The translations under genes and the position numbers were made by a program. 64,000 nt of DNA from Gloeobacterales cyanobacterium (lineage in GTDB: Bacteria; Cyanobacteriota; Cyanobacteriia; Gloeobacterales; PMM-0068): the NCBI GenBank assembly GCA_038245785.1, contig JBBRSB010000010.1, positions 60,532-124,531 of the forward strand. Direction: 5' to 3'. Positions 29,829 through 40,656 of this stretch are shown piece after piece (the stretch's first letter is position 1; the number at the start of each line of letters is the position of its first letter). The notes under the pieces were generated by a model. That model searched no databases. It saw only the letters and a list, made by a program, of their open reading frames with translations, and had not been told where the DNA came from.

Positions 29829-30011
29829 GTCTCTTCTTCTGCCCTAGTTACTTTATCAATCCCGTATATTTATAAGTCTCTGAATAGATCTAAAGCATCC
29901 AAAACTAATGGAGCTTGCTGCGATTGAGTCGTTCTTTTCAGCACGACTTCACCAGAAGCGTACTGAGGAAGTAGCTAGGAGTGTTCTTGGCTGCGCCTAC
30001 TGCCTACCGCC

Positions 30012-30065
30012 TCAATGCTCCTACGGAGCGCGGTACTTCGTCAATGCTTCTACGGAGCGCAGTAC
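30012..30065. repeat. Two tandem 25-bp palindromic repeats (period 29)
   Basis: TCAATGCTCCTACGGAGCGCGGTAC and TCAATGCTTCTACGGAGCGCAGTAC, each with a GCTCC-TAC-GGAGC type hairpin. Confidence 0.7.
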
Positions 30066-30272
30066 CTTGTGCTGGACACATGGATAGTGAGCCCAATTCG
30101 TACAAGAATTAGTAAATAAACTTTTAGGCTCTTCCTGAAACCCTTGACGCAAGGGAGTTTGAGTGGGAGTGAAACTTAATGGAAAATTAATGCTTTTAGG
30201 TATAGGGAGGGCCCTGAACATGGGTAAGCTGGAACAGTAAAGCTGCTGTTAGGGCTGATAAGGATTGAGCAC

Positions 30273-30410
30273 ATGGTAGAGACACAGAAAGTAACTCTTG
30301 GATTGTTCATCACGGCTATTTTTTCGGTTTGGTTCGCATTTGCTTTCACCCATGGCATGATTCCCGAAATAGGGAGTGTCCTGACTGCCCTCACACAGAG
30401 CAATATCTAA
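30273..30410 (+). CDS. Putative 45 aa single-TM small protein
   Basis: MVETQKVTLGLFITAIFSVWFAFAFTHGMIPEIGSVLTALTQSNI; AAGGA upstream; below the ORF-track cutoff. Confidence 0.4.
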   Translation: MVETQKVTLGLFITAIFSVWFAFAFTHGMIPEIGSVLTALTQSNI

Positions 30411-30456
30411 AGAATTAGCTCGGCACTGTTTTCCAGTAATTCAGAGAGCATTCGAC

Positions 30457-30843
30457 TCAGTTTCCTCTCTGGATAAGCTCAATTTTGTAGCCACTGGGGT
30501 CTTCCAAGAAAGCAATGACCGTACTGCCATGCTTCATTGGGCCAGGCTCACGTACTACTTTGCCCCCTTTACTGGCAGCCTCTGCGCAGGCGGTGTAGAT
30601 ATCTTCGACGCCAATGGCAATGTGACCGTAGGCATCCCCCAGGGTGTAGTTATCTCGGTCCCAGTTGTACGTCAGTTCGATAACGGCTGTTTTGTCTTCC
30701 GTGTCATAACCGACGAAGGCTAAGGTGAATTTTCCGTCGGGATAGTCCTTCTGGCGTAGAAGCTTCATGCCCAGCACTTCGGTATAAAACTTCAAAGATT
30801 CTTCTAGATTCTTGACCCGGAGCATTGTGTGCAGCAGACGCAT
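30457..30843 (-). CDS. gloA: Lactoylglutathione lyase (glyoxalase I)
   Basis: [33 protein letters not shown]. Confidence 0.97.
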   Translation of the reverse strand: MRLLHTMLRVKNLEESLKFYTEVLGMKLLRQKDYPDGKFTLAFVGYDTEDKTAVIELTYNWDRDNYTLGDAYGHIAIGVEDIYTACAEAASKGGKVVREPGPMKHGSTVIAFLEDPSGYKIELIQRGN

Positions 30844-30940
30844 AAGCTCATCCTAAATTTGTCCTCTTGCTCATGGTAACTGACTGCGAAGAAGTACTAA
30901 CTAGAGCTAAGATCCCTGGCATCCCCTGCCCAATATACCT

Positions 30941-32233
30941 GTGCACACGCATTCTCTTCCGCTCTCTTTAAGCCCCAGTCTGCTCTTTGAGCGGTTATTT
31001 GAGGATGAACCAATAGCGGTGCTCCTAGAAAGTCCTGGGCACGCCCGTCATTCGAAGACTGCTCGTTATTCCTACTTGGCGGCTGTCCCTCACAAAATCT
31101 TGACTCCCCCCTTAGGTTCTGTATTTCAGGCGCTAGAAGACTGGCTGATAGAAGCTGAAGACTTGCCCCTCTTCGGTTGGTTGGGCTACGATTTGGCCTG
31201 GGAAATTGAGCATCTGCCTTGGACAAAAGAGGATACGCTGCCTTTTCCTGTCGCTTTTTGGTTTGAGCCAGAAGTGCTCATCGTCTGTGACCATTGGCAA
31301 AAAGTCTTAACTCTAAAAACGAGACAAGACCCGGATGCTTGGCTCCGTCGAATTCAAGCGGTTACAGCAACTGCTTCTAGTCTATCTACCGACTTGATGG
31401 CGATTAAAGACCTGACGTTTTTATCTAGCCCGGAAGAATATCAAAAGGCTGTGCAAAGTGCAAAAGAATATATTCAAGCGGGAGATATTTTTCAGAGCAA
31501 TTTATCCCTGCGTTTTCAAGCGACTAGAACGGGAAATGAAAATAGTTTAGCCCTCTATCAACAACTACAAGCGCTGAATCCCTCTCCTTTTGCGAGCTAT
31601 TGGCGCACAACCTGGGGAGAAGTAGTCAGTTGCTCTCCAGAACGACTGGTCAAACGAGAAGGTGAGCGGGTAGAAACCCGTCCGATTGCAGGGACGCGCC
31701 CTCGGGGAATAACAGTGGACAAAGACCGAGATTTAGAAGAAGAACTTTTGGCCAATGCCAAAGAACAGGCGGAACACATCATGCTTGTGGATTTGGAACG
31801 CAATGATTTAGGGCGGGTGTGTCGCTATGGCTCTGTCGAGGTCGATGAGTTATTAACGATTGAACGGTATTCCCATGTGATGCATATCGTTTCGAATGTA
31901 GTTGGTGAACTCAAACCTCAAGCCAGTTCTATTGACCTAATTCGGGCAGTTTTTCCTGGAGGAACGATTACAGGTTGTCCAAAAGTACGGTGTATGGAAA
32001 TTATTGAAGAATTAGAACCTGTACGCCGTTCACTTTTCTATGGTTCTTGCGGTTGGCTTGCTCCCAATGGAGATTTAGACTTGAATATTTTGATTCGCAC
32101 CCTCTTGGTGACCGAAGATAACGTCTATGGACAAGTCGGAGCTGGTATTGTGGCAGATTCGGACCCCTTACAGGAATATTTGGAGTCTGTGCAAAAGGCA
32201 AAAGCGCTATTAACGGCTTTAGGTTGGAATTGA
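30941..32233 (+). CDS. pabB: Aminodeoxychorismate synthase component I / anthranilate synthase I family
   Basis: AGDIFQ.NLS, TRPIAGT, EHIMLVDLERNDLG, FPGGTITGCPK. Confidence 0.85.
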   Translation: MHTHSLPLSLSPSLLFERLFEDEPIAVLLESPGHARHSKTARYSYLAAVPHKILTPPLGSVFQALEDWLIEAEDLPLFGWLGYDLAWEIEHLPWTKEDTLPFPVAFWFEPEVLIVCDHWQKVLTLKTRQDPDAWLRRIQAVTATASSLSTDLMAIKDLTFLSSPEEYQKAVQSAKEYIQAGDIFQSNLSLRFQATRTGNENSLALYQQLQALNPSPFASYWRTTWGEVVSCSPERLVKREGERVETRPIAGTRPRGITVDKDRDLEEELLANAKEQAEHIMLVDLERNDLGRVCRYGSVEVDELLTIERYSHVMHIVSNVVGELKPQASSIDLIRAVFPGGTITGCPKVRCMEIIEELEPVRRSLFYGSCGWLAPNGDLDLNILIRTLLVTEDNVYGQVGAGIVADSDPLQEYLESVQKAKALLTALGWN

Positions 32234-32406
32234 AGAAGTCATTGTTCTTAAAGCTTCAGGTATTCAGAAAACTATTGCAAAGTGAAAATGAAAACTTTAA
32301 AGCTGCTTAGGGAATAATAATCAATAAAGAGATTTGCAATACTCCTATGAGTCTATTAACTGAATAAGTGCTTCAGGTCAAGATTCTACATAAACAGAGA
32401 GTTTAG

Positions 32407-32846
32407 ATGTCTAGATCCTCTTTAAAAAAATTTTTATAAGTATAAGTTTCGGAGTAATTCTTTCGGCTAGTCTTTACTGGTTATTATTTTCAACAGAAGT
32501 ATTCATATCCTTACTTTTCGCTACACCTAACCCATCTGAATTTATTCGAAATTTCTCAAACGATAGCTATTTCTCAGTTGGACATAGCATTTTATTTTTT
32601 GTGCGAATTTTGTTATCATCACCTTTTGTTTGTATCCGCAGTAAATTCTTTGGAGAAGCTGATCCAGTAGATGTATTTATTATTTGTTTATTTCCAGTAC
32701 TAGCACTATTCTTCTATGTATTTTTAGAGTCAATAGTAATTGGCAAACCAATGAGAACTGGAGATCTAATAATTATTCAAATATTCACTGTAAACGCAGC
32801 TATTCTTTTGCTAGGAGGATTTGCAGGGTGGGCTTTGTCACGATAA
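32407..32846 (+). pseudogene. AT-rich multi-TM membrane protein gene with a -1 frameshift in the T3A7T5 tract at 32421-32435
   Basis: ATG 32407 frame stops at 32437; one extra A joins it to an open, hydrophobic frame running to 32846. Confidence 0.45.
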
Positions 32847-32979
32847 CAAATACATCAATGTGCTTGAAATAAGAAGAATTTAACAGAAATGAAAAGCCTG
32901 ACTAAAGATCTTAGCAGGACCCTAAATCCGAGCGAGTGCGTCTAAGCAGCTATAATTTCCGAAATTCGCAGGTGTACAT

Positions 32980-33375
32980 GTGAGGCGAAGGTTTCTGTTG
33001 ACGTTCATCGGGATGCTATGGCCCACTGTTTCCAAGGCACAGCAGCTATCCAATGGGGTGACGCAGCGTATCAACGTTACCTGTAGTCCTGGAGACCCCT
33101 ATACCAGCCAATTCTGGCCAACGCTTGGGGCACGTCGCATTACGGCGATCGTCAATTCGGAAGTGAAAGCGACAGCCTTTTTGGACATGAGCACTGATCC
33201 GCTGGACAATAAGAGTACGGTTTTGGGAGTCGCCTCAGTGGACCTACAACCCAAGCAGGCGCAAATACTTGCTTTGCCTCCAGCCTTTACCAACGTCCAA
33301 GCCGTACGCCTACGCATCGTTAATCAAGACGAGACCTTCGGACGCGTGATTGCCACCCTGTCCGTCGGGCGCTAG
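32980..33375 (+). CDS. Hypothetical exported protein (possible Tat signal)
   Basis: RRRFL N-terminus, SKA cleavage-like site, beta-rich mature part. Confidence 0.6.
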   Translation: MRRRFLLTFIGMLWPTVSKAQQLSNGVTQRINVTCSPGDPYTSQFWPTLGARRITAIVNSEVKATAFLDMSTDPLDNKSTVLGVASVDLQPKQAQILALPPAFTNVQAVRLRIVNQDETFGRVIATLSVGR

Positions 33376-33441
33376 ATCCTGCAAAGCGAAATAGTAAACT
33401 TCTGGCAAACATCCCTAAATTCGACTTGGATAGTAGGGTTT

Positions 33442-35382
33442 CTAAAAAGCTATTTCTTCATCATCCAGTTCATCATCAAGAACAGGCGTATCGTCCGCTA
33501 GGGCTGCCATTTCTTCGTAGCTAAGGTAAGTCTGTATTTCTAGTTCTTTGATGCGTTGATATTCTTCATGCATCTCTTCTTGATAGAAGCGGGCCTGTTC
33601 TGGGTCTAGACAGTCTTCCCAATAGCGCACCCATTGGCGGTAGCTACGCTGGCAAATCTCTAATTCCATATTTGCTAGGGCTGCTCGGACAACCATACTT
33701 GGGCGCATCAGGGCCACACGTCCAAGTTCGCTAATCCACAAAAGCTCTGTTAATTGGCCGTTGAGTTTAGGATCGTCACATCTTCCCCTCAGGGCTAATA
33801 ATAAATCGGCATCGACTTCTAGCTCTTCCTGCAGTTCTAGAATAATTTGCCAGAGCGTACGATGATGAGAAATTGAGAATTCCAGGGTTCGTTCTTCTAG
33901 TCCTCGGAAGATATCCGCCCGATATTCTGGATAGTTCAAAAAGATTTGCAGCAGTTGAAACTCAGCCTGTTGGAGTTTCATCCCTCCAAGCGATTGATTG
34001 ATTCCGGACTTAGACTTTTGAGGTTTATTTCCTCCCCAGCGCAAAGCTCGGATCCGAAAACGCAATTCTTCTTCAAGCTGTATGGCTAAACGACTGTTTC
34101 CTTCTGCCAAACGGTCCGCTATATGCTGGAGATACTGAGGGCGACTCAGGGTATCGGTTAGTTCTGATAGAAGTGCGACTACTTGTTCGCTACAGGCTTT
34201 GAAATGTTCGGGGAGACGAAGATTTTTACCCGCGAATGCTTGGTCTAGGAGCCAATCCAGGAGAGGTTTTGCCTGGTTTACCAGAGCCTCATATTCAGCA
34301 GGGCTATGATGACGCAGGAATTCATCAGGGTCTTTGCCGTCAGGAACGACCAAAATCCGAAACTGGACGGCCATACTGGCGGCGAGCGATTTCACCGATT
34401 CCAAAGCCCGATGAGTAGCCTTATTTCCTGCCACATCCCCATCAAAATTGAGAATTACTCGGTTTGAAACGGTATAGCGCAGAAGCAGTTTTACTTGGTC
34501 TTGAGTCAGCGCTGTTCCGAGGGAGGCGACCACATTTTTGATGCCTGCTTGATGGAGGGCAATCGCATCAAAATACCCTTCGACGACCACGGCCTCATCT
34601 TTACGGCTAATCCCATCCTTGCTGAGGTGCAGGGCATAGAGCGTGCGGCCCTTAGAAAACAGTTCCGTTTCTGGAGAGTTGAGATATTTGGGCTGCTCTT
34701 CTCCAAGACTACGCCCCCCAAAAGCGACGACCTGTCCTCGGTCATTGCAGATAGGGACCATCAATCGATGACGGAAGTAGTCGTACCAGCCAGCCCCGTT
34801 ATTGCGGGAGCGGATCAGGCCACACTCTGCCACCAGTTGGACGGGATAGCGCTTTTGCTCCACCAGATAGCTATAGAGTCCCTGCCACCCTTGGGGTGCA
34901 TAGCCTAGTTGAAAATGCTGTATAGTCTCGGCACTGATGTTGCGTTGATGTAAATATTCCAGGGCTGGACGACCGGGTTTACTTTGCAGAGCATAGCTAT
35001 AGAATTCTGCGGCCTGTTGAAGAATTTCCAACAGCTGCTGTTGGCGAGAAAGCTGCCGTGCAAATTCTGCTTTCTTCTCTGGATGCAGCGTATGAACAGG
35101 CACTTGATAGCGCTGAGCCAGTTCCAGGGCTGCTTCAGCAAAAGGAACCTTATTGATTTCTGCAACGAACTTAAAGACGTCGCCCGCAGCACCACAGCTA
35201 AAGCACTTATAAATACCTTTACTGGCACTGACGTAAAAACTGGGACTCTTATCATCGTGAAACGGGCACAAGCCTTTGAAATCCCGGCCAGACTTGCGCA
35301 ACACCACCTTATCGCCGACCACCTCAACGATATCCGCCCTTTGGCGGACCATTTCAATGGTTTTGGGGTGTAGTTTTTCCAT
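33442..35382 (-). CDS. dnaG: DNA primase
   Basis: CPFH.DKSPSF..CFSC zinc finger, KYLNSPET, VEGYFD, FDGD. Confidence 0.98.
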   Translation of the reverse strand: MEKLHPKTIEMVRQRADIVEVVGDKVVLRKSGRDFKGLCPFHDDKSPSFYVSASKGIYKCFSCGAAGDVFKFVAEINKVPFAEAALELAQRYQVPVHTLHPEKKAEFARQLSRQQQLLEILQQAAEFYSYALQSKPGRPALEYLHQRNISAETIQHFQLGYAPQGWQGLYSYLVEQKRYPVQLVAECGLIRSRNNGAGWYDYFRHRLMVPICNDRGQVVAFGGRSLGEEQPKYLNSPETELFSKGRTLYALHLSKDGISRKDEAVVVEGYFDAIALHQAGIKNVVASLGTALTQDQVKLLLRYTVSNRVILNFDGDVAGNKATHRALESVKSLAASMAVQFRILVVPDGKDPDEFLRHHSPAEYEALVNQAKPLLDWLLDQAFAGKNLRLPEHFKACSEQVVALLSELTDTLSRPQYLQHIADRLAEGNSRLAIQLEEELRFRIRALRWGGNKPQKSKSGINQSLGGMKLQQAEFQLLQIFLNYPEYRADIFRGLEERTLEFSISHHRTLWQIILELQEELEVDADLLLALRGRCDDPKLNGQLTELLWISELGRVALMRPSMVVRAALANMELEICQRSYRQWVRYWEDCLDPEQARFYQEEMHEEYQRIKELEIQTYLSYEEMAALADDTPVLDDELDDEEIAF

Positions 35383-35443
35383 AGGGAGCTAATATTTTAG
35401 CGCCTTGGGCAGAATTAAAGATACTACGGTGACTCAAAGCGTC

Positions 35444-36643
35444 TCAGGGAAAGTCTATGCTGTCTTTTAGTCTTGCCTTTACAATCCATGAAGGCATTTC
35501 TGGGAGCGTGACAGGCGGATGGAGAATCACGCGGGGCAGACGATGCTTAAATCCACAGAGAATTTCATAGGGAATGGTGCCCAACAATTCAGCCCAATCG
35601 TAGGCACTGGGAGCTGATTTCCCGAGGAAGGTTACCACCTCGCCTTCCTGAACTTGGGGCACGATTGAGACATCAATCAAACACTGGTCCATGGTAATTG
35701 TCCCCACCTGGGGCACGCGCTTTCCTAGAACCTCAACTTCTATCTTTCCCGATAGATTCCTGGGTAATCCATCGGCATAGCCTAGCGCTACTGTCGCTAG
35801 CCGTGTATCTTGGGCTGCGTGGTAGGTCTGTCCATAGCTCACTCCAGTTCCGGCCGTCACTGTTTTTACTTGAGTAATACGAGCCTGAATCAAAAGGGCT
35901 GGTTTGAGATTAAGCACAGAGCGTAAATGATCGGCTGGCGCCAATCCATAGAGGGCTAATCCGACGCGGACGAGGTCGTAATGATACTGCGCGTCGGCTA
36001 GGGTTCCTGCAGAATTAGCTAAATGTAAAAAAGGTCGTGGACCGTTTTGAGTTTCCAACTGCAGGACTGCTAGAACCTGATCAAAACGCTGTTTCTGGAT
36101 AGCTAGAAAAGCAGAATCTGGTTCATCAGCAGTGGCCAGATGAGAGTAGATGCTGGCTATCTCCAGATGGGGTAAACTCCGTACCCATTCCACAAAGGGC
36201 ACGGCTTCCTGCCAAGAAGTACCTAGTCGTGACATCCCGGTATCAACCTTGAGATGAACGGCATAGGGTTTCGTTAGGTTTTCGCTATAGGTTAAAGCCT
36301 GCTTCGGTGTGCACAAAGTGGGCTGAAGTTTCCAGTAGGTAACCGCGCCTACTTCCTCTGGCGTGTTGGTAGCTCCCATGAGCAGGATAGGAGCCTTAAT
36401 GCCCGCTTCTCTGAGTTGGATTCCTTCTTCAATCGTGGCTACGGCTAGCCACTTGGCTCCGTGAGCCAAAGCTACTTCACTTACGGTCACAGCTCCATGA
36501 CCATAGGCATCCGCCTTCACTACGGCCATCAAAGCTACTTGAGGCCCTAGATAGTGGACCAACTGGCGGATATTGTGGGCAATAGCCTCTAGATCCACAG
36601 AGACCCAAGCCCGATGGGTAGGGGGTAGCACGACGAATCTCAC
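35444..36643 (-). CDS. alr: Alanine racemase
   Basis: AVVKADAYGHG, HLKVDTGMSRLG, GYADG. Confidence 0.97.
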   Translation of the reverse strand: MRFVVLPPTHRAWVSVDLEAIAHNIRQLVHYLGPQVALMAVVKADAYGHGAVTVSEVALAHGAKWLAVATIEEGIQLREAGIKAPILLMGATNTPEEVGAVTYWKLQPTLCTPKQALTYSENLTKPYAVHLKVDTGMSRLGTSWQEAVPFVEWVRSLPHLEIASIYSHLATADEPDSAFLAIQKQRFDQVLAVLQLETQNGPRPFLHLANSAGTLADAQYHYDLVRVGLALYGLAPADHLRSVLNLKPALLIQARITQVKTVTAGTGVSYGQTYHAAQDTRLATVALGYADGLPRNLSGKIEVEVLGKRVPQVGTITMDQCLIDVSIVPQVQEGEVVTFLGKSAPSAYDWAELLGTIPYEILCGFKHRLPRVILHPPVTLPEMPSWIVKARLKDSIDFP

Positions 36644-36671
36644 TCACACAATCTGTACGAAGTCTATCAGT

Positions 36672-37526
36672 TCAAGGGCAAGGCGGAACCAACGCAGGAA
36701 CAGTTACCTCTTCGTCTTCCTCTTTACGGATGCCTTGCGCTTCTTCCACAAATTGACGGGTACGGATGGGGTCAGCGGGCTGTTGCATTTGACCAGAGCG
36801 CTTGAGAGAGCTGGCTACAATAGCGCCATCAGCCACCGATAGCAGTTGGCGAATATTTTGGATGTTTGCTCCAGAACCGATCAGTAGAGGGATGTCTGGT
36901 AGTGCTTCTTTGACTTGCTCCAAGTCTCTAAAGTTCGGAGGAGAACCCGTAGCAGGGCCAGAAAGAATCAAGACATCAGCTAAACCTCGTTGCACCGCAT
37001 CCTGTGCTGTCTGCAAGAGATCCGCGTGTCCTAGGGGAACAGCATGCTTAACCAAAACATCTGCAAACACCTGTACATCAATGCCCAGCTCTCGGCGATA
37101 ACGCATCAAACCACTAGCATCTCCCTCAATGATCCCCTGGTCCGTCACCATCGCACCCGTGAGGACGTTGACCCGGATAAACTGAGCCGACGTACAAGCG
37201 GCAATCGCCAGGGCACTATGGGCATCATTGCGCAGAACGTTGACCCCTAGCGGCAAGGTTACTAGATGACTGATCCTTTTAATGATTAGCGTCATCGCAC
37301 TAACCACAGCCGGATCGACCGCCCCTTTTGTAAAAGGGGCATCGTGGTAATTTTCGACGATCAAAGCGTCCATCCCGCCAGCCGCTAGGGCTGTCGCTTC
37401 TTGCTCCGCTCGATCAATAACCACATCCAGAGACCCACCCCAGCGAGCTGAAGAAGGGAGCGGCAAGAGATGAACAACCCCAATTAAGGGCTGTGAGGTC
37501 CCAAATAGCGCTTTTAGCCTTTGCAC
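36672..37526 (-). CDS. btpA: Photosystem I biogenesis protein BtpA
   Basis: IGVVHLLPLP, VENYHDAPF, GVNVLRND, DVLVKH. Confidence 0.93.
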   Translation of the reverse strand: MQRLKALFGTSQPLIGVVHLLPLPSSARWGGSLDVVIDRAEQEATALAAGGMDALIVENYHDAPFTKGAVDPAVVSAMTLIIKRISHLVTLPLGVNVLRNDAHSALAIAACTSAQFIRVNVLTGAMVTDQGIIEGDASGLMRYRRELGIDVQVFADVLVKHAVPLGHADLLQTAQDAVQRGLADVLILSGPATGSPPNFRDLEQVKEALPDIPLLIGSGANIQNIRQLLSVADGAIVASSLKRSGQMQQPADPIRTRQFVEEAQGIRKEEDEEVTVPALVPPCP

Positions 37527-37600
37527 ACTGCCCTCAAGAGGCTTGTTCTATCGTATCGTCCCACAAAAAACATCCCTCAAAAGCTAAAGACAAAATGTCC

Positions 37601-38782
37601 CTAGCGAATGTATTCCTTCAGAACAGAGTTGCGGTTGGGATGCCGGAGTTTGCGTAGGGCCTTAGCTTCAATTTGCCGGATACGCTCACGGGTGACATTA
37701 AAGATATGGCCGATCTCTTCCAGCGTTTTCATCCGCCCATCGTCCAGGCCATAGCGTAGACGTAAAACATCTCGCTCACGGGCACTCAAGGTGTTGAGCA
37801 CAGATTCCAAATCTTCCCGGAGTAGGTTTTTGGCGACCCGGTCCTCTGGAGTTTCTCCCTCGGCCTCAATAAAGTCACCTAGGCGAGAATCTTCTTCTTT
37901 TCCAATCGGGGTTTCTAAAGATATAGGCAACTGAGCCGACTTGGCAATAAAGCGAAGTTTCTCAATCGTCATTTCCATCCGGTCGGCAATCTCCTCTTCC
38001 GTGGGTTTGCGCCCCATCTCTTGAGAGAGCAGCTTGGTCGTCTTCTTAATCCGAGAAATTGTTTCATAGAGGTGCACAGGAAGACGAATCGTGCGGGACT
38101 GGTCGGCAATCGCTCGCGTAATCGCCTGACGGATCCACCAAGTAGCGTAGGTCGAAAACTTATAGCCCTTTTCGTGGTCAAACTTCTCCGCCGCACGGAT
38201 CAGGCCCAAAGACCCCTCTTGAATTAAGTCTTGAAAACTCAATCCTCTGTTCATATACTTTTTGGCAATCGAGACCACCAAGCGCAGGTTGGATTGGACC
38301 ATCTTGTCCTTTGCTCTGCGCCCTTTACCCAAGCGAATTTTAAACTTGGGTAAAGGCGTATTAGCCGCTTCAGCCCAAGCTACCCATACTTCTTCAGTCA
38401 GCCCTAATTCCTCGTCTTCTTCGCTCAGCCCCAAACCGTCCCGAATACGCTCCAGTTCCAGCAAATCTGCAATCTGACGGGCTAGTTCAATTTCTTCATC
38501 AGCCCGCAAAAGCCGAATACGGCCAATTTCTTGCAAGTACACCCGGATTGAGTCTTCCGTATAATGCACCTTCACCGCACGAACAGCACGCTTGCGGCCC
38601 GCCGCTTTACCTTTTCCTTTCTTCTCAGCCGCATCCCCTTCCTCGTCTGTCTCTAAAGGGTCCGCATCTTCGGCTTTGAGTGCTTCGTCGTCTAACTCGA
38701 ATTCTTCGTCGTCTTGAAGACTCGCTACATCGACATCAGTGTCAGCCTTTTCAACTAAAGGGGTTCGCTTGGCTCTGGGCAT
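37601..38782 (-). CDS. sigA: Group 1 sigma factor SigA/RpoD
   Basis: [64 protein letters not shown] before ATG 38782. Confidence 0.96.
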   Translation of the reverse strand: MPRAKRTPLVEKADTDVDVASLQDDEEFELDDEALKAEDADPLETDEEGDAAEKKGKGKAAGRKRAVRAVKVHYTEDSIRVYLQEIGRIRLLRADEEIELARQIADLLELERIRDGLGLSEEDEELGLTEEVWVAWAEAANTPLPKFKIRLGKGRRAKDKMVQSNLRLVVSIAKKYMNRGLSFQDLIQEGSLGLIRAAEKFDHEKGYKFSTYATWWIRQAITRAIADQSRTIRLPVHLYETISRIKKTTKLLSQEMGRKPTEEEIADRMEMTIEKLRFIAKSAQLPISLETPIGKEEDSRLGDFIEAEGETPEDRVAKNLLREDLESVLNTLSARERDVLRLRYGLDDGRMKTLEEIGHIFNVTRERIRQIEAKALRKLRHPNRNSVLKEYIR

Positions 38783-39071
38783 GAATTCGCTCCTCAAAAA
38801 TGAAGACGGAAGGAAGTGTAATTAGTACTGTTTTTCTGGGAAAAAAGGGTCTGAGAAGAAAAGTTAGCGGCTTCACTCAAAATCATCGGTCCTAGCCAAT
38901 ACCCTAGGGGGACCAAATTGGATGTATTAGCTTATACAAGATACCCTCTCAAAGCCTATTTTTTCTACAGGCTAGTACAGTATACGCCGCAGAATTTATT
39001 TGTGTGCGTGTATACCTCTTTAAGCGCTTACACTTCAGGCATATCCTGCAGGTTGTAAAGAATTCATTAAA

Positions 39072-39632
39072 ATGAGTAAAGAACCTTACGAAGTTAAAGC
39101 CATGAATGCCACAGATTCAAAAGGGTCTCATCTCTATATATGTATTCTGTCCAGTGAGCAGGATGCCTTAGTGAGCTATCGTCTTCTCCAGAAGAATGGC
39201 TTCTCTCCAGCCAATGTGGCGATCGTAGGCAAAGGCTACCGCAGTCCTGATGACGTGGGCTTTGCTCAACCCAAAAAGATGGCTACCCAGAGGGCAAAGA
39301 GCACGGCGATATTTGCAGGCTTAGTCGGTGTTTTTTCTGGAGCCCTATTCAATAAGATGACGGGCATCCCGATTGTCGGTAATCCACTCGTCGATCCGAT
39401 TATTGGTGCGCTTCTGGCTGGGCTTTCTGGATTACTCGGAGGTTTCTTGGTCGGTGGTGGAGTCGGTTTTGTCTGGGAAAGTGGGGAGTCTGTGTTCTAC
39501 CGAAATCGGTTGGAACGTGGCAGCTACCTATTAATGGTGGAATCTCAAGACGAAAGTGTCGTAAAGAATGCTGCCGAAATCATGAGTGAGCAGCCTGTGA
39601 CGGGTGCTCAGCGGTATTACTTCCGTGACTGA
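39072..39632 (+). CDS. Membrane protein with a Gly-zipper (general stress protein-like)
   Basis: Gly-rich TM hairpin and Y...LE.G.YLL.V. Confidence 0.7.
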   Translation: MSKEPYEVKAMNATDSKGSHLYICILSSEQDALVSYRLLQKNGFSPANVAIVGKGYRSPDDVGFAQPKKMATQRAKSTAIFAGLVGVFSGALFNKMTGIPIVGNPLVDPIIGALLAGLSGLLGGFLVGGGVGFVWESGESVFYRNRLERGSYLLMVESQDESVVKNAAEIMSEQPVTGAQRYYFRD

Positions 39633-40656
39633 GGGCCATGCACAGATTGTAGTTATTGGTGCAGGGCTCTCCGGCCTTGTGGCAGCTCAGCTTTTAACAG
39701 AGGCTGGGCTTTCAGTGCAGGTTGTGGAAAAGTCCCGTGGCTTTGGCGGAAGAATGGCTACTCGCCAGTTCCATGAACTTCCAAGTCCTATAAAGGTTGA
39801 TCATGGGGCTCAATATTTCACGGCTCGCGATCCCAAGTTTAAGCATTTTCTCGAACCTTTTATCGAGCAGGGAATTGTCAAAGTTTGGGCCGATGGCTTT
39901 CCGATCGTAAAGGACAACGTTTTACTTCCGGTTCCAGAAGATAAACGTTATCCCCGTTATGTCTGCCCTCAAGGCATGAATCACCTGGCTAAGGCTTTGG
40001 CCGAAAAACTCACGGTCCATCGAGAAACAAGGGTCACCCGCTTGGATTTCGTGGAGCCCGGTTGGGAGCTTCAAACGGCTCAGGGAGAAGTCTACACTGC
40101 TGAGGTGGTGCTCTCTGCGATTCCAGCTCCACAGTTTCTGGAACTAGGAAAAGAAATGATGCAGCACTCCGGACAAGACGCGCTCATTGCGCAATTGGAA
40201 TCAGTGAGATTTGATCCCAGCATTGCAGTTATGGCTGTTTATGGACCAGAAGTGCCGCTTCCTGATTGGAAAGGCTTAATGTTCAGAGATAACCCATTCC
40301 TATCTTGGATCAGTTTAGATTCTAGTAAGCGGGAGATAAATTTGCCCTTATCCCTGGTGCTACATAGTACTGCTGAGTTCGCGCACCAATATCTAGACCA
40401 GAAGGAACAAGCGATGCCGATTCTACTCCAGCAGGCTGCCCAGTATCTAGGAGACTGGGTAATCCAGCCAGTAGCCTATCAAGTTCAAGGCTGGCGTTTT
40501 GCCTTGCCCACTCAGGTTCTAGACCAGACCTGTCTGAGAACTGATATGCCCGGTCCTCTTTTTTGGTCGGGAGATTGGTGTGGCGGGCCTAAGGTGGAAG
40601 GGGCCTTCCTCTCCGGTTTTGCCGCAGGAGAAGCGATACTACAGCGCTATGCCTAA
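39625..40656 (+). CDS. Renalase-like FAD/NAD(P)-dependent oxidoreductase
   Basis: IGAGLSGL, EKSRGFGGRMATR, DHGAQYFTAR, GDWC.G..VEGA.LSG. Confidence 0.9.
   Translation: MTEGHAQIVVIGAGLSGLVAAQLLTEAGLSVQVVEKSRGFGGRMATRQFHELPSPIKVDHGAQYFTARDPKFKHFLEPFIEQGIVKVWADGFPIVKDNVLLPVPEDKRYPRYVCPQGMNHLAKALAEKLTVHRETRVTRLDFVEPGWELQTAQGEVYTAEVVLSAIPAPQFLELGKEMMQHSGQDALIAQLESVRFDPSIAVMAVYGPEVPLPDWKGLMFRDNPFLSWISLDSSKREINLPLSLVLHSTAEFAHQYLDQKEQAMPILLQQAAQYLGDWVIQPVAYQVQGWRFALPTQVLDQTCLRTDMPGPLFWSGDWCGGPKVEGAFLSGFAAGEAILQRYA

Noticed and set aside
30012..30065. Tandem palindromic repeats as a possible CRISPR array
   Set aside because: Only two units with a 4-bp gap, no spacers and no cas genes.
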